Positions 50,071 through 62,980 are shown, numbered from the stretch's first letter. The stretch: 64,000 bases of DNA from Amphiscolops sp. MND2022 (GCA_964187785.1 OZ076409.1:4032001-4096000), one strand, 5' to 3'. Program-made: numbers and translations. The notes: generated from the sequence alone by a model not told the origin.

Positions 50071-50295
50071 TTTCATTGTACAAGCCAGTGGAAAGGAACT
50101 TGATGTGGTGAATGACTGAAAGTTCGACTCCGAAAAGTAGTTCTTGGGTTGGGCGAAGACAATTTGATAATAAGATGCCGGTTCCACCGTCAAACTCCAA
50201 AAATGATTGGCGGACAGGAGGCCCCGTCTCTACAATGCGTAAGAAGTAAGAATCATGGATTAGCACTGGATTGATAACTCCTCTGTTCTCTCCAG
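50071..50295 (-). CDS. Possible host exon, 225 nt, phase 1-1, product unknown
   Basis: Acceptor CTTGTTTCAG, donor GTAAGA, open frame GENRGVINPVLIHDSYFLRIV...GLYNE. Confidence 0.35.
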
Positions 50296-50927
50296 CTGAA
50301 ACAAGGAGATCAAATTAATCTTTTTCAACCTTCTTGAGAAACAAATTTGATTTTTTGTGCCTTACCAAAAAGACGCGATCAACGCCCAACCTAGCATAGT
50401 AGTAAGCGAAATGCCGATTCAGGCCAAGCAACAAAAAATTCAAGTTAAGCAAATCATTGAAATTAGCGTTTTTTCACAAAGCCAGACATTGTGCATCCAA
50501 GTGGTGACACAAGTGTTCGCGAAGTTTCGCGCGAAGCTCTGCAAAAATGACCGCCACACAAAACGCATCATAAATAAAAAATACGTACAGAAAACAGATA
50601 CCAATTTTTCTTTCTTTTTCAGTGCAATACTTCAATACGATTATTCCCTCACATACAATTATTCCCAGATATTTCTGGACGTACAATTATTCCTGGATAT
50701 TCTTGGGCGTACAATTATTCCTGGATATTCTTGGGCGTACAATTATTCCTACAAAGCTGCGGATCAGGAGAAAAGAAGAAAATCATCAAATTTTGGTTTT
50801 GTGGGTTAGTTTTTGTTGGTTTATTTTCTAAATTTTGAAGCAATTTATGGAATTAACGGTGCACAGTAAGTAATTTTTCATTTGACTGTGCACCATATGT
50901 TTCAGTTGCAATAGCGTATTAAGTACT

Positions 50928-52514
50928 ATGGTGCGGAATTTCTTGAATCGAAAGACTATTTTCTCCACCATTTTCAGAATGGATGATAAAAAAGCTTTCA
51001 ACGAAGATTTTGATGAAGTGATTGATGGTATAATTCACAAAATGAATAATGCTAAGAAGTATGAAGCACGCGAAGTTATCTTTGAGCTTAAAAAACGTTG
51101 GCCAAATTGGTTCAAGTTGAATGAAGAGGAGTTCAAGGCAGAGCAAGAGGAACTGCGTAAGAAATTAGAAAGTACAACTAATAAGGAAGCAGCTGTTTTC
51201 AAACGCTTGTTAGATTCCATTCTCCCAGAAACGGAGCAACCTCTCTCATTTAATTCCGATTCTTTGTCAACGTTGAAAGATTTTACAAATGCAATTGAAG
51301 GAATGAAAACAAATGTGAAGCTTTGTATAAGGGGATCCTTACATTATTTGCTGGATATCGCTTCCCTATTGGAACTTTCAAAAGTTAAACTTCGTCGTCG
51401 GTATTCTGATGTTTTCAAAGAATGTGGAAATTCCAAAAGCTATGGTTCTTTCATGCTTCGGCTATTATATCTATCGAGGAGTTATCCAGATTTGCGAAGA
51501 TTCTCCACACCAATTCAATATCCAAACCAATATGAAAATAAAAGAGGAAAATATTTTCAAATATTTCACTTCTCCATTTCAATGTCACCAACCGATTACC
51601 CAAGAATCAACTGACAATGACCCAATAACCGGCAATTAAATTGTATCTGTTATTATGTAATCTTTAGCTCATCATTATTGTTGCGGTACTATGAATTAAT
51701 GTTGACTTTTTCTTCATAATAAATGTATGAAACTCCGTCTCTTCATAAGTTTGGTTATTCTAGTGAACAGCTAAAACTGAGGGAATATCAGGAACTAAAA
51801 GATATAATAAAAAGTCAAGAAAAATTAGCCCAAATATCACATTCCAAATTGAAAGAAGATTTTGAAAATGAATTAGGAAACTTATCAGGAAACCTATCAG
51901 AAAATCATGAGAAATTAAACACTCTAGACCCAGAGGAAGTTCAAAATGTTTTATTAAACACAAAGTTAACCAATGATGTTTATTCCCAGTTTTCAGACCT
52001 TTCAAAAACCATAAATAAGTTAGAACAAAACATGAAAAAATTATTCGCCGAACAAAGAACTGCTTTAGTAAATGAAGTACTAAATTTAATACACAACAAT
52101 AGTTTTGAAATGTTAACAGTCCGTAACTTAAAGTTTATGTCAACTCCGGGTCATGCTGGAATGATTTTGAATGAGAATGAAATTAATAAACTCTTTTAAT
52201 GTCTAGATCAAAATAAAATTACAGTAACTAACAACATAATTCAACTGCTTTATGACAAAGGTTTGTTTGATTCTTTTCCGAGTAAATATCAAGCTTTTGC
52301 ACATTATCTAACTTTCAGTGAATCCTATTTAAAAGAAAAGTATGGAAAAACAATACCTACTTCAGATGGTGAATATTGTTTGTCTCATTTAGAATATTCT
52401 ACCAGACAATCAATTCTGGAGTCATTGAAAAAAGATTCCTATAAAGAACTTGTTGATATGAAACACAGAATGAAATTAACACCAACGGAAATAAATTTCA
52501 TTTTATATGATTAA
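50928..52514 (+). CDS. Polinton ORFs of unknown function (50928-51614; 51723-52514 broken)
   Basis: Long charged, helical-looking ORFs between the putative terminus and pPolB; no motif recognised. Confidence 0.5.
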
Positions 52515-52517
52515 TAA

Positions 52518-52964
52518 ATGGAACAAAATCTCTATCCCTCAATGACCCCCTCCGCACCATATGATGTAGAATCAATGATAAATTAGCAATTAGCAAAAGT
52601 ATCTAGTTTCAACAATCATATTCAAAACATTAGTCTAATGATGAAATATTATGAATTGGAAGAAAAAAAATACAAACAAAAATACACCAAATGCAAGCTA
52701 ATAAATAACATAATTACCTCGACAGATGGTCTTATAATAATAGGAACAACTTCAGCATCCGTTACACTAAGTATTACTGGTGTGGGTATTATAGTTGTTC
52801 CAATCACTGCAGGAGTTGGTTGTGTAACTGGTATTCTTGTTAAAATCTGTTCCAGTTATTTGAAGAAAAAGGAGCAAAATTATAAACCTAAGTACGCTAT
52901 TATTCAGAAGACACTTGATGACTTTAGACAATTATTTACCACTACCCTAAAAATAATCACATAG
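52518..52964 (+). pseudogene. Polinton small membrane-associated protein
   Basis: Basic coil followed by Gly-rich hydrophobic hairpin GLIIIGTTSASVTLSITGVGIIVVPITAGVGCVTGILV. Confidence 0.55.
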
Positions 52965-53322
52965 ATGAAAAAGAATATCACCGATTTGTGAACATATATG
53001 AAAATTATCGCGAAGCTTCGCGCGTAGCTTCACAATATCACAAAATATAACAAACAAGCGTGCGAAGCTATGCGATACAGCAACACCGACTACAACAATG
53101 ACATCGCATATGCCATCGCATAAGCCATACAGTTTTTTATAATTAATTTATTCAATTTTAACATAAAAAGTAAAATAAAAATTAACAATAATAATGAACA
53201 TCATTAATTGAAAATACATTATTTTTAACAAAAAAAGTAAAATAAAAATTAACACTCATTAATTGAAAAATATAATATTGAAAAATATACTGCTATTAAA
53301 TTCGTAAACTTATTATAGTTAA

Positions 53323-56300
53323 ATGGAGAACTGTAGTATTTGTAATTTTGATTATAAAAAAACTTTCAAGTCTGATCATCTAAATTCAGTAAAACATTTA
53401 GAAAAATTAAATCATTATTATTGTAAAAAGTGTAATAATATTTTGCCCTTATCAGACAAGTCAAATCATTTAAGTTCAGACCAACACAAGAACAAAACCA
53501 AACAACAACAAATTTTGTGTGAAGATTGTGGTAAATACATTAGTGATAAAACAAGACATTTCCTAAGTGAAATTCACACGTTAAGATGTCAAAACAACCG
53601 CGAAAGCTATCGCGAAAGCTATCGCGAAGCTACGCAAAATGCTTTCGGTAATACAGCGTCCGTGCATGGAGTAGAAGTAATTGTGAATGAAAAAACATAC
53701 ATTAAACTGAGAGTAAATCCAACTGACACACAAAATCTCGAACGTCACATAAATGAACTACTAGATAAAAATTACTTTACCCGATATATATCATTTGAGT
53801 TATTTAGCTAAGTTTTCAAAAATAGTTAATGGAGAAGAAAATGTAATTCACAAATGGGTTAAATCAGATTGTAATTACAATCACATGCAAAGCACCTTCG
53901 GCACAAATCATACAATTCACAACACAATAATGCAGAATTTAGATGATGACCAATTAGAAGGATCAGGTTTTGTGTTAAACGGTATTGTCAATGTTATGTT
54001 ATATTAGGAATATATAAAGTCAATGATATTCAAGCTTCTTCATACATTGAGTTGCCAGAAAAATATAAGAATAATAAATCAATTATAAATATGAAAAATG
54101 ATGATCAATTTTGTTTTCTATGGTGTATCTTAGCACACATTTGTCCCGTTGAGGATCATAAAAATAGAACATCAAATTATTTAATGCACTTCGATAAACT
54201 CAACCTGAAAGGATTGGAACTCCCCATGAAAGTTAAAGACATTCCCAAGTTCGAAAACTTAAATAATTTAAACGTAAATGTATTTGAATTAAACGGAACA
54301 GTTTTAACACCAATCCACACTGAGTTAGAATACAAACTATGATCAACCAGAAATAGACTTGCTGCTATTTGAAAATCATTATTGCCTAATAACAAAGGTG
54401 CATTGTCTAATAAATAAGAATTCACACATGAAATGGGTGTGTAGAAGATGTCTAACTGCATTTAGTTCTGAGGATATTCTCAATCAACACATTGACCGTT
54501 GTCAAAAACAACAACCAACTAATATCACATTCAGTTGGAAGGATCATTTAAAGTTCGAAGATTATCATATGAAAGTTCCTGTACCAATAAGAGTATATGC
54601 AGATTTCGAATGTATTAATCAACCAACAGATGACTCCAAAGGTGACCGCGAAGCTGCGCCCAAAGTATTATTTAAACAAATTCCAATTGCAGTAGGATTT
54701 TATCTAATTTCACCATTTGGGAACGAGCACTACTCATACTTTGGAGTAGATTGTGTAGCACGGTTTGTAAATGAAATGTTGACTTTAGCAAAAATTGCAT
54801 CGGAATATTTCGAATCTAATATCCCCCTTGAAGTCGCAGAAGGCGTAGCTTCGCAAGAATCATTTCAACAATCTACCATATGCTGGCTTTGCGAAAATCC
54901 ACTCGGTGATACTAAAGTTCGAAATCACGATCATCTTACAGGCAAGTACCGAGGAGCAGCTCACAACAGGTGTAGTTTAAATTGTAAAAAAAGTCAATTT
55001 CGTTTGTTCCCATATTGTTCCACAACTTCTCTGGGTATGATTGTCATTTAATTTTTGAACAACTCTCAACCGAATCATTCAATCAAAATTATATTCCAAC
55101 GATAATACCAAAGTCAATGGAAAACAATGTATCAGTTCAAGTAGGTTGCTTTTGTTTCCTGGATTCATACCGATTTCTTTCTTCTAGTCTACAAAAACTT
55201 ATAGCATCTCTTGATACTCTTAAGTATATGAATAGTGAAGGTTTGATTGATGATTTGTTCAGAAGAAGTTAGCCTATCCATATGAGAAATTCCATCTTAA
55301 TAATTTCCAAGAACCATTAAATCTAACAAAAGAAGACTATTGGTCAACATTAACACAATCCTACCCGTGTGATGATGACATAAAAAGAACCCAACTATTA
55401 ATTGACAACATTACAACACCTCAACAACTTACTATTTTATACTTAAAAATGGATGTCCTTCAACTAATTGATGTCTTTTAGAACTTTGTGCAAACATCCA
55501 CTGAAGAGTGTGGCATCTATCCATTGTACTCCTTCTCAGCTCCTGGGTATACATGGAAAGCAGGATTGAAGTTGACTAAAATAAAGTTAGACTTTATAAA
55601 AGATAAACACTTGGTATTGTAATGGGAAAAAAACATACGTGGAGAATTTTCAAGTGTCATGGGTGATCGATTTGTTGAATCAAACGAAAATAAACAAATC
55701 TTGTACATCGACGCTAATAATCTATATGGATGCGCAATGAGTCAATACCTTCCTACAGGCACATTTGAAAATCTATACTTTCCACAAAAGTATGGCGAAG
55801 CTACGCAACTAGAACAAATAGTAGAAGATTTAAGATATATTCCAGACAACAACCCTTATGGATTCTTCATAGAATGTGATTTAGAATATCCAGCTGAAAT
55901 CAAAGAAAAAACCGAAAACTTTCCACTTTGTCCTTATCAAACAAAAGCAGATCCAGGGTGTTTCTCAGATTATATGAATAGTGTAAAACAACCCAATTAC
56001 AAACCAGCCCAGAAACTTGTGTGTGACCTAACAAACAAACAAAATTATATGATGCACAATAGGATGTTCAAGTTTTACACTAAAATGGGGATGAAAGTAA
56101 CACATATTCATACAACCTAGCGCTTCAAGCAAAGTCCATGGTTAGCAAAATACATTGATCATAACACACAAAAACGTACCAAAGCAAAAACAAACTTTGA
56201 AAGAGACTTGTACAAATTAAGGAATAATGCTTTCTTTGGTAAGACTCTGGAAAATGTAAGAGACCGTGTTAATCTAGAATTCAATGATCATTCTCGAATA

Positions 56301-57163
56301 CAGCAAATAATAAAAAGACAATCCAAGTTAAGTTTCAAAGGTATTGTGGATTGGTACAGTGTGTTTAGTGTGTACAAGTTTGATAAAGAAAAAACAGTCT
56401 TTGATAAACCAATGTATTCAGGTTTTACAGTTTTAGAACTAAGTAAGTTACTAATTTATGAATTTTATTACAATACTTTACAACCACATCGGCAAAATAA
56501 AGTACAATTTCACTACATGGATACAGATTCTTTTGTTCTTAGTTTTGACAGTTAGTTGGAAAATTTAATTGAGTTTTTAAAACAAAATAAAGATGAATTT
56601 GATTTCAGTGAACTAGACAATGCTCATCAACTGTACAACCCAACCAGCAAAAAAGTTATAGGAAAAATGAAAATTGAAACAAGTCCAGTTTTGGTGCTAG
56701 ATAGCTTCACAGCTTTGAGATCTAAATCGTATTCTTTTAGTTATAATGATATTAAGAATCCGAAACAAAGAGGAATACAAAACGCCCCTGAATCTGAAGA
56801 CTACACACGTTGTTTGTTGATGTCCGAAACAACAAGTGCAACAAACTATTCAATTAGATCTAATTTACACAAACTAAGTGTGGAGAAACAAATCAAACTA
56901 GCCTTGAATCCTTTTGATGACAAGCGTGTGTACTTAAATCCAATACAAAGTTTATCATGAGATAAACACACCCAGAAAGGTGATTGTCCCTGTATATATT
57001 GTTTGAAATTGATAGGTTTGTATTATAAAGAATTGAGCACAAGTGAAACGGATGGCAATCCCCTCCAGGATGAAGAAATATTCTATAACATTTGGACTCT
57101 GAAAGAAAAATTGAATCATCAAGATCTTTTAAATCTGATAAGTGATCGAGCCCATTTTTTGTG
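53323..57163 (+). pseudogene. polB: Protein-primed family B DNA polymerase with N-terminal zinc fingers and endonuclease VII-like insert, fragmented
   Basis: QLEGSG, FCFLWCILAH, HYCLI, YADFE, HDHLTGKYRGAAHNRC, FHNFSGYD, FLDSYRF, YIDANNLYG, KLRNNAFFGK, YMDTDS. Confidence 0.96.
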
Positions 57164-57199
57164 ACACACACCTTTTATTATTTTTGCGAAGCTACGCGT

Positions 57200-58391
57200 T
57201 TCATATTTTTTATAACAAATTATCAAATGGCAGCATTAAATTTAAATTCTAATCTGATTGGTTGAGAAGCTTTTTGGTCTTTTTGTTTGCTTAGGTCAAA
57301 TACATAAAAATTATAATTTGTCCTGAATTCATGCAAATCAATAATTGTGTTGAGTAAGTTAGTTTCGCTTTTTAAGTGATAAAAGTTTTCAATTTCACAG
57401 TATGCTTGATCATATTTGTCGCGGTCGTAGTCACATTCTATTCCATCATCGGGATATTTTTCTGATCCTATTTTACAAACAGCATTTGAAATTGGTAACC
57501 TATCAAATGTTGCATTATTGTGTGTTTGTGAATCATTTTTATTTCTACCTTGAAATCCAACAATCACAAAAGTTGGTGTCGATATTCCTGAAATGCCTAA
57601 GTCAAATGTCCAATTGTTATTGGTGTTAACATCTTTTCTAAAAACAAATCTTTCAATGTAATGCAATTCGGTTGGGTTTTTATTTAGAATTTGGTCCATG
57701 ACAAGTTGCTGGTTTTCTAAATTTGGTACATAGTGTGGAATATACCAAATATGTCTTTTACAACTACTTTTGCAGCATTCACACCGTTGGTACGAAAGAC
57801 AACATCATTGTTAGTTTTCCGTTTTAAAGTAAAAGTGTAGCCCAATCCATAAGTTATTTGTTCTTGATCAGCAATTCCAAACAAGTCTTTTAAGTTTATT
57901 TTCACAAAAAAGGTTCCTTTCTCTGTCCTATCGTTTGTTAGTTCTTGTCTTCTGATAGTAGTACTTTCTTCAAACCCATACATCAATTAGGAAGTTTGTT
58001 GACTGCTAGTTAAAAGTTTATACATTAAAGAAATTGGGTGCAAATTGTCAACTTTTTCCAAATGCTTGCCCGAACTTGTTGTCAGCTTAGCTTCACTAAA
58101 TAAAGCAACGGGCCCAAAGTTAACCAAGCTTATCTGATCACCATCGGCATATCTTGTATCATCATTTTTAAGAACTTCGAATTCTACACATATGAATGAG
58201 TGTTGCAAACATATGTATGCATCTTCTCTTGGCAAACTGATTGAAATGTTTAAATTAATATTATTGATTGTCGCTAAACTACTTGGACTATATTTAATAA
58301 AATCAATTTTATGAATAGGTTTTTCGAGTGTGTATTTACTTTTTGAAGAAAACATTGAGGTATCCACTGAAACCGAAATTAGAGAATTCAT
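57200..58391 (-). pseudogene. Polinton major capsid protein (double jelly-roll), broken
   Basis: ORFs 57987-58391, 57717-57986, 57223-57699; LVNFGPVALFSE, PTFVIVGFQ, IGSEKYP, YVFDLSKQ..PIRLEFKF resemble Polinton MCP as recalled. Confidence 0.8.
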
Positions 58392-58415
58392 TTATATTTA
58401 AAAATTATTGGAAAC

Positions 58416-59291
58416 TTACTCCATTTTGTGGAAAATATTCGTACTTTCTAACGTTTTGTTGTTAGAGTCAAAGTTGAATATACTTCTTAAAAGTTCTTGC
58501 TCATAGTATTTTCCTTGAATAATTTTCTTGTTTCCATCTTCCAAAGTGTATGTTTCTGGGTTCGTTGAAGTAATTTTGTGTATTTTGAAAAGTTCTCTGT
58601 TCCAATTTGTTGTATAACCTTCTGAATAAATGTTCCGTTTGTCAGGAACTCTTACAAAATCTCCCACTTGGAACTTGGGCGAAGCTGCGTGGAATTTGGG
58701 CAATTTATTCTTATGATTATTAATATTGGGTCTTGGTTTATTAAAACTCATTTCATATGATGTCATTTTTGTTGTACCATGAACGCGATTATTATACTTT
58801 TGTAAAGCAGCATAAAGGTGATTCAAACAGTTACTTTTACCCTCAATGTACATTGGTTCTTTGATTAAGTCCAGAAGTGTTTTATTGAAGCGTTCAACAA
58901 AAACAGCTTTCAAATCTGAATTGGTTGAATAAATTCGAATGTTTTGCTCGTTTAAATAGTGTAAAAATGTCTGGTTGTAAAACTTTTTACCTCTATCGCT
59001 CCGCACTTTTTGTGGTTTTCTTTTACTAGTTTCTATTAGTTTCTTGAATGCAGCAGTTGAACTTGTTCCTGATTTATCTTTAAGAGGAATCGCCCATGCA
59101 CATTTAGTATGATTGTCAATTATTGTGAAAATGAAGTTGTAGTTTTTGTTGTTTTTGCTTAAACTTGAGCGGTCAATTAAATCGATACTCCAACATTCAT
59201 CTTTATAGTGAATTTGAATTTGAATTCTTTGAAACTTCTTGATTACAGGAGAGAATATTTCTTCAGCGATTTTTTTCTTACTTTGATTCAT
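58416..59291 (-). CDS. int: Polinton retroviral-like (rve) integrase
   Basis: WSIDLID, FTIIDNHTK, SDRGKKF, VERFNKTL, FQVGDFVR, GYTTNW; uninterrupted 291 aa. Confidence 0.93.
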   Translation of the reverse strand: MNQSKKKIAEEIFSPVIKKFQRIQIQIHYKDECWSIDLIDRSSLSKNNKNYNFIFTIIDNHTKCAWAIPLKDKSGTSSTAAFKKLIETSKRKPQKVRSDRGKKFYNQTFLHYLNEQNIRIYSTNSDLKAVFVERFNKTLLDLIKEPMYIEGKSNCLNHLYAALQKYNNRVHGTTKMTSYEMSFNKPRPNINNHKNKLPKFHAASPKFQVGDFVRVPDKRNIYSEGYTTNWNRELFKIHKITSTNPETYTLEDGNKKIIQGKYYEQELLRSIFNFDSNNKTLESTNIFHKME

Positions 59292-59324
59292 TCAATATAG
59301 TTTTATACAATTTTTTGTAAATAA

Positions 59325-60299
59325 ATGAATGATGATTATTACAGATGTTCTCACAAGAATTCGGCGGAAGACACGAAGGTACCCAAAGCCACTACCAAAA
59401 GCACTACCAAACTTTGGTTGTGGAAATTTAATTCGCGAAGCTACGCAATGATTATTATTACTAAGTGGTACAAAAAAATATATAAAAAACTATTACATTT
59501 TGAAGGGTTCAAATACTCTCATCTTACAAACCAAGAACAACAAGGCGGAGATTCACAAGAACAAGCGCTAACTCAACCAGTCAGTAATACAAACTGCCAT
59601 ATGTTAATTTATGGAAGTAGTGCGTCAGGGAAGACATCTTTCCTCAAGGATTATTTAACACAGATTCAACGGAGTTACATAGTATTTGGACGAGATGAAA
59701 AAGAGTTTCCTGCTTCCAACTATATACCCTTGTTACAGTTAGAAAAAATAGGTATTGAATCACTTGCTAATAAAACGGTTATACTGGATAATTCAGGTGC
59801 ATACAAAAGTCTTAAAACAAAAGTAGAAGACATCTTCCGGTTTGGTAGACATCATAACATCCAGGTGATATATTTAGCTCACCTTGCAAAGGATGTTCTC
59901 CCAATAGTGAGAGAGAATTGTTTTAAGATCTTTATAACAATTAATAACCCAGATAACTTTTTTGAAACTATAATACAAACTTATTCAATCAAAGACGGAG
60001 TTACACAATCAAAGTGGAAACAATACCGTGATCAGTTAGAATTCGGTATTAATGAATTTGACACTAGGAGTCAGAAGTACAAAATAAAAAACAATAAGTA
60101 CAATTTAATTAATTGTATTTCTAGTAAGCGCAACAGGTGGGGTCCAGAGGATTATGCTGCTTATGAAAGTTATTTTTTCACTGGTGAGGAATACAACAAA
60201 CTCAATGTATTTTTAAAGGAGATGTCTGACCAGACAATTGAAATAACACCATACAACATAGCTTTTTATTATGTATATTATTGTAAACAAAAAAAATAA
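59325..60299 (+). CDS. A32/FtsK-like packaging ATPase 1
   Basis: Walker A YGSSASGKT, Walker B-like VILDN, GRHHNIQVIYLAH, VRENC. Confidence 0.85.
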   Translation: MNDDYYRCSHKNSAEDTKVPKATTKSTTKLWLWKFNSRSYAMIIITKWYKKIYKKLLHFEGFKYSHLTNQEQQGGDSQEQALTQPVSNTNCHMLIYGSSASGKTSFLKDYLTQIQRSYIVFGRDEKEFPASNYIPLLQLEKIGIESLANKTVILDNSGAYKSLKTKVEDIFRFGRHHNIQVIYLAHLAKDVLPIVRENCFKIFITINNPDNFFETIIQTYSIKDGVTQSKWKQYRDQLEFGINEFDTRSQKYKIKNNKYNLINCISSKRNRWGPEDYAAYESYFFTGEEYNKLNVFLKEMSDQTIEITPYNIAFYYVYYCKQKK

Positions 60300-60859
60300 A
60301 AGTGAATGAATCCAAAAAAGACAACTACGTTGAGCGTATGCAACAACCACTAATTAATGATTCAGCTAAAGAGGACTTCAAGAAAATTATATATGATCAT
60401 GCCAAAAGTTTTAATAAAAATAAGCTAAATAATGTTTAGTGATTTCGTGAGTAATTAGTGAGTATTTAGTGATTATTTAGTGATTCTTAGAGAAAGTTGA
60501 GTAATTAGTGAGTATTCACTAAGAGCCCCATAATCACTAAGCATTTCACTAAGAGCATATTTTTTCTCTAAATTTCTCTCTGCACTTGGGTCTTAGAGAA
60601 AATATATGCTCTTAGAGAATGCTTAGTGAATTGGGGAAATTAGTGATTTTTCCTTAGTGATTTGCTTAGTGATTTACTTAGTGATTCTGAGTGATTATTA
60701 GTGAATTTTTACTAAATAAATTATGGGGATGAGATGTCTAATTTGTAATGAAAGTAGTGAAAAATCACTGTGTGATAATTGTAGTAATAAAAAAAGATGT
60801 AAGGAATATAATATTATGTGAAGTTACAGAAAGATTTTTATTCATAAAAAATTGGTAAA

Positions 60860-61925
60860 ATGTATAGTACATGCATTCAATGTTTTAATAAAAAAGTGAG
60901 GTGTGTATTTTGTAATAAGGAATTGAATAAGAATTATTTAAGGTCTCACGTCAAGAAGCAGCATATCAAGAACCAGCATATCAAGAACCAGTATTCTAAT
61001 CAGGATGATAAACGCACAGGTTCGCGCGCAGCTTCACACAATGATGAAGCACAGGAGCATTTGCAGCTTCGCACAAGAAATATTACCGTGGGTGACTTGC
61101 TTCCTACGCAGCTTCCCACCAAATTAAATAATGATAATAATAATGATGATAATAATAATGAGTGTAATAAAACATTAATAGTTGGTCCATCTTTTTGTGG
61201 TAAGACTCATTTGTTATTAAACAAATTACAATTAATTCGATTGAGTGATAGTGAAAAACAAATAAAAATGATAACTAGATCTCCGGGACAATACCTGAAC
61301 ATACAACTAGGGGACGCCGAAGGTGCTTTGCATGTTTCAGTGGAAGAAGATCTAGAAGATAGAACAATACAAGATTTTAAAAATTGTTGTGTTATATTTG
61401 ATGATATGTTAGAATCAAATCAGAAATTGATTGATCCATTTTTACTAGGGGAAGACACAATTTGTGTGATGTTTATTATTTAAGTCAGAGTTACTTCGAT
61501 GTACCCAAACGCACCATACGCATGAATAGTAATATCATAATTTTTTTGGACAAAGCTTGAGAGATGTAGAACACATTTATCGAGACATAGCTGGGTTTGA
61601 TACATTACGATACATATGCCGCAACGATCTACCAAGATCTTGCTAGTTCGATTAACAGCCAATGAAAACGCGTTATTATTCTGAAATAACGCGTTTTCAT
61701 CGACTGTTAATCGAACTAGCAAGATCTTGCTAGTTCGTCGCAGCTTATGTATCGTAATCTATGTCTTCTGACGAATTCAAGGAATTGTGCAGAGAGGCAA
61801 GGGAAGAAAAATAAAATTATTTAGAAATAAATATGTTAGAAGATAAAAATGAGAGTAAATATAAAATCTGCAATGAATCTAATCCAAATTACAAGATCTT
61901 TAATCCACAAACGGAACCGTTTTAA
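60860..61925 (+). pseudogene. A32/FtsK-like packaging ATPase 2 with N-terminal zinc finger; frameshifted and interrupted by a MITE
   Basis: CVFC..H; VGPSFCGKT; VIFDD; after a shift TRGRHN..VYYLSQSYFDVPKRTIRMN. Confidence 0.85.
61603..61759. mobile_element. 157-bp foldback MITE with TA duplication inserted in ATPase 2
   Basis: Whole element is an imperfect hairpin; removing it plus one TA restores GAT ATG TCT and the reading DIAGFDMSSDEFKELCRE. Confidence 0.9.
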
Positions 61926-62980
61926 ACGGAGGTGGAATCAAAATTGCTTAGTATGCTTTGGTGTTGATTTGTTGTAAAGCATTCATACTCTAATAGTTTA
62001 TCTACAATTGCTACGATTTGTTCATTGAGTAGAAAACTGTCATTTCCTCCTACATTTTCAAATTAAAGAAGTTTTAATTTATCCACTAATTCGTCTGGAT
62101 CAGATGGGAGGAAGACGTACTGTTTGTGTAGCTTCGCGTAGCTTCGCCATTTAATCCACTTCCCACCTAATTGTTATCGATAGTATTAACCCCAAGGGGG
62201 AAACTGCGCGGATTGTTGATGGCGAGAGTACAACGCTTCAATAAAATAACATCTCGTTGATTTTTTATCTCTATAATATATGTTATATTCATATCATTTA
62301 GGGAACTATAAATTGTGTCCAGGTTATTTATTTCTCTATCAAATTGAGTGTTAGTTATAAAATGTTGAAGATCTGGGTCATTTAGATTGTATGAATGCTC
62401 ATTCTGGAAAGTCATTGTTGAACCTTTGATTAGTACAGGTTGTGGATTGAAGGGGTTAATTGTGAATAAAGTCGGGTTGTCTTGTGTAATTGGTTCTAAA
62501 CTAAATTGACTTTTGTTTTTGTCATTAAGAAGGTTGGAAACTGTCTTAACGATACTAGAATCAACTTGGTTGGAATTAACAAGACTGGCAAGGAGCTGGT
62601 TATTGCGATTTGTAATATCATTATAATATTGTAATTTGTAAGTTTTTTTGCAGATTATTATTACTTTCTTGTATTCCTTCTTTAATAGCTCTTGTCTGAT
62701 CTTCTATTGCCTGTGTGGTTGTTTGAGAAGAATCATGTAGTTGTTGGTTAATGGCTTGTAGTTGCCTTTCAGATGCCTGAATTTGCTTTTCAGATAATTG
62801 TTTCTGGTTTTCAGTAGCTTCCGCCTGCTTTGTAGTAACAGGTTCAAAAACTTTTTCCATATCGTAGTGAAAGTCTTGCTTCCCTAGTTTCTCTTTTAAC
62901 CTTTCTTTGTGTAGTAAAGATTTTGTTTCTTGCAATTTTTTAATTTTTCCAAGTCGTCCCTATTACGAATTGAATACATT
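61925..62980 (-). pseudogene. Polinton coiled-coil ORF, broken
   Basis: ORFs 62621-62935 and 62167-62415 plus C-terminal DPDELVDKLKLL...EQIVAIVDKLLEYE. Confidence 0.5.
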
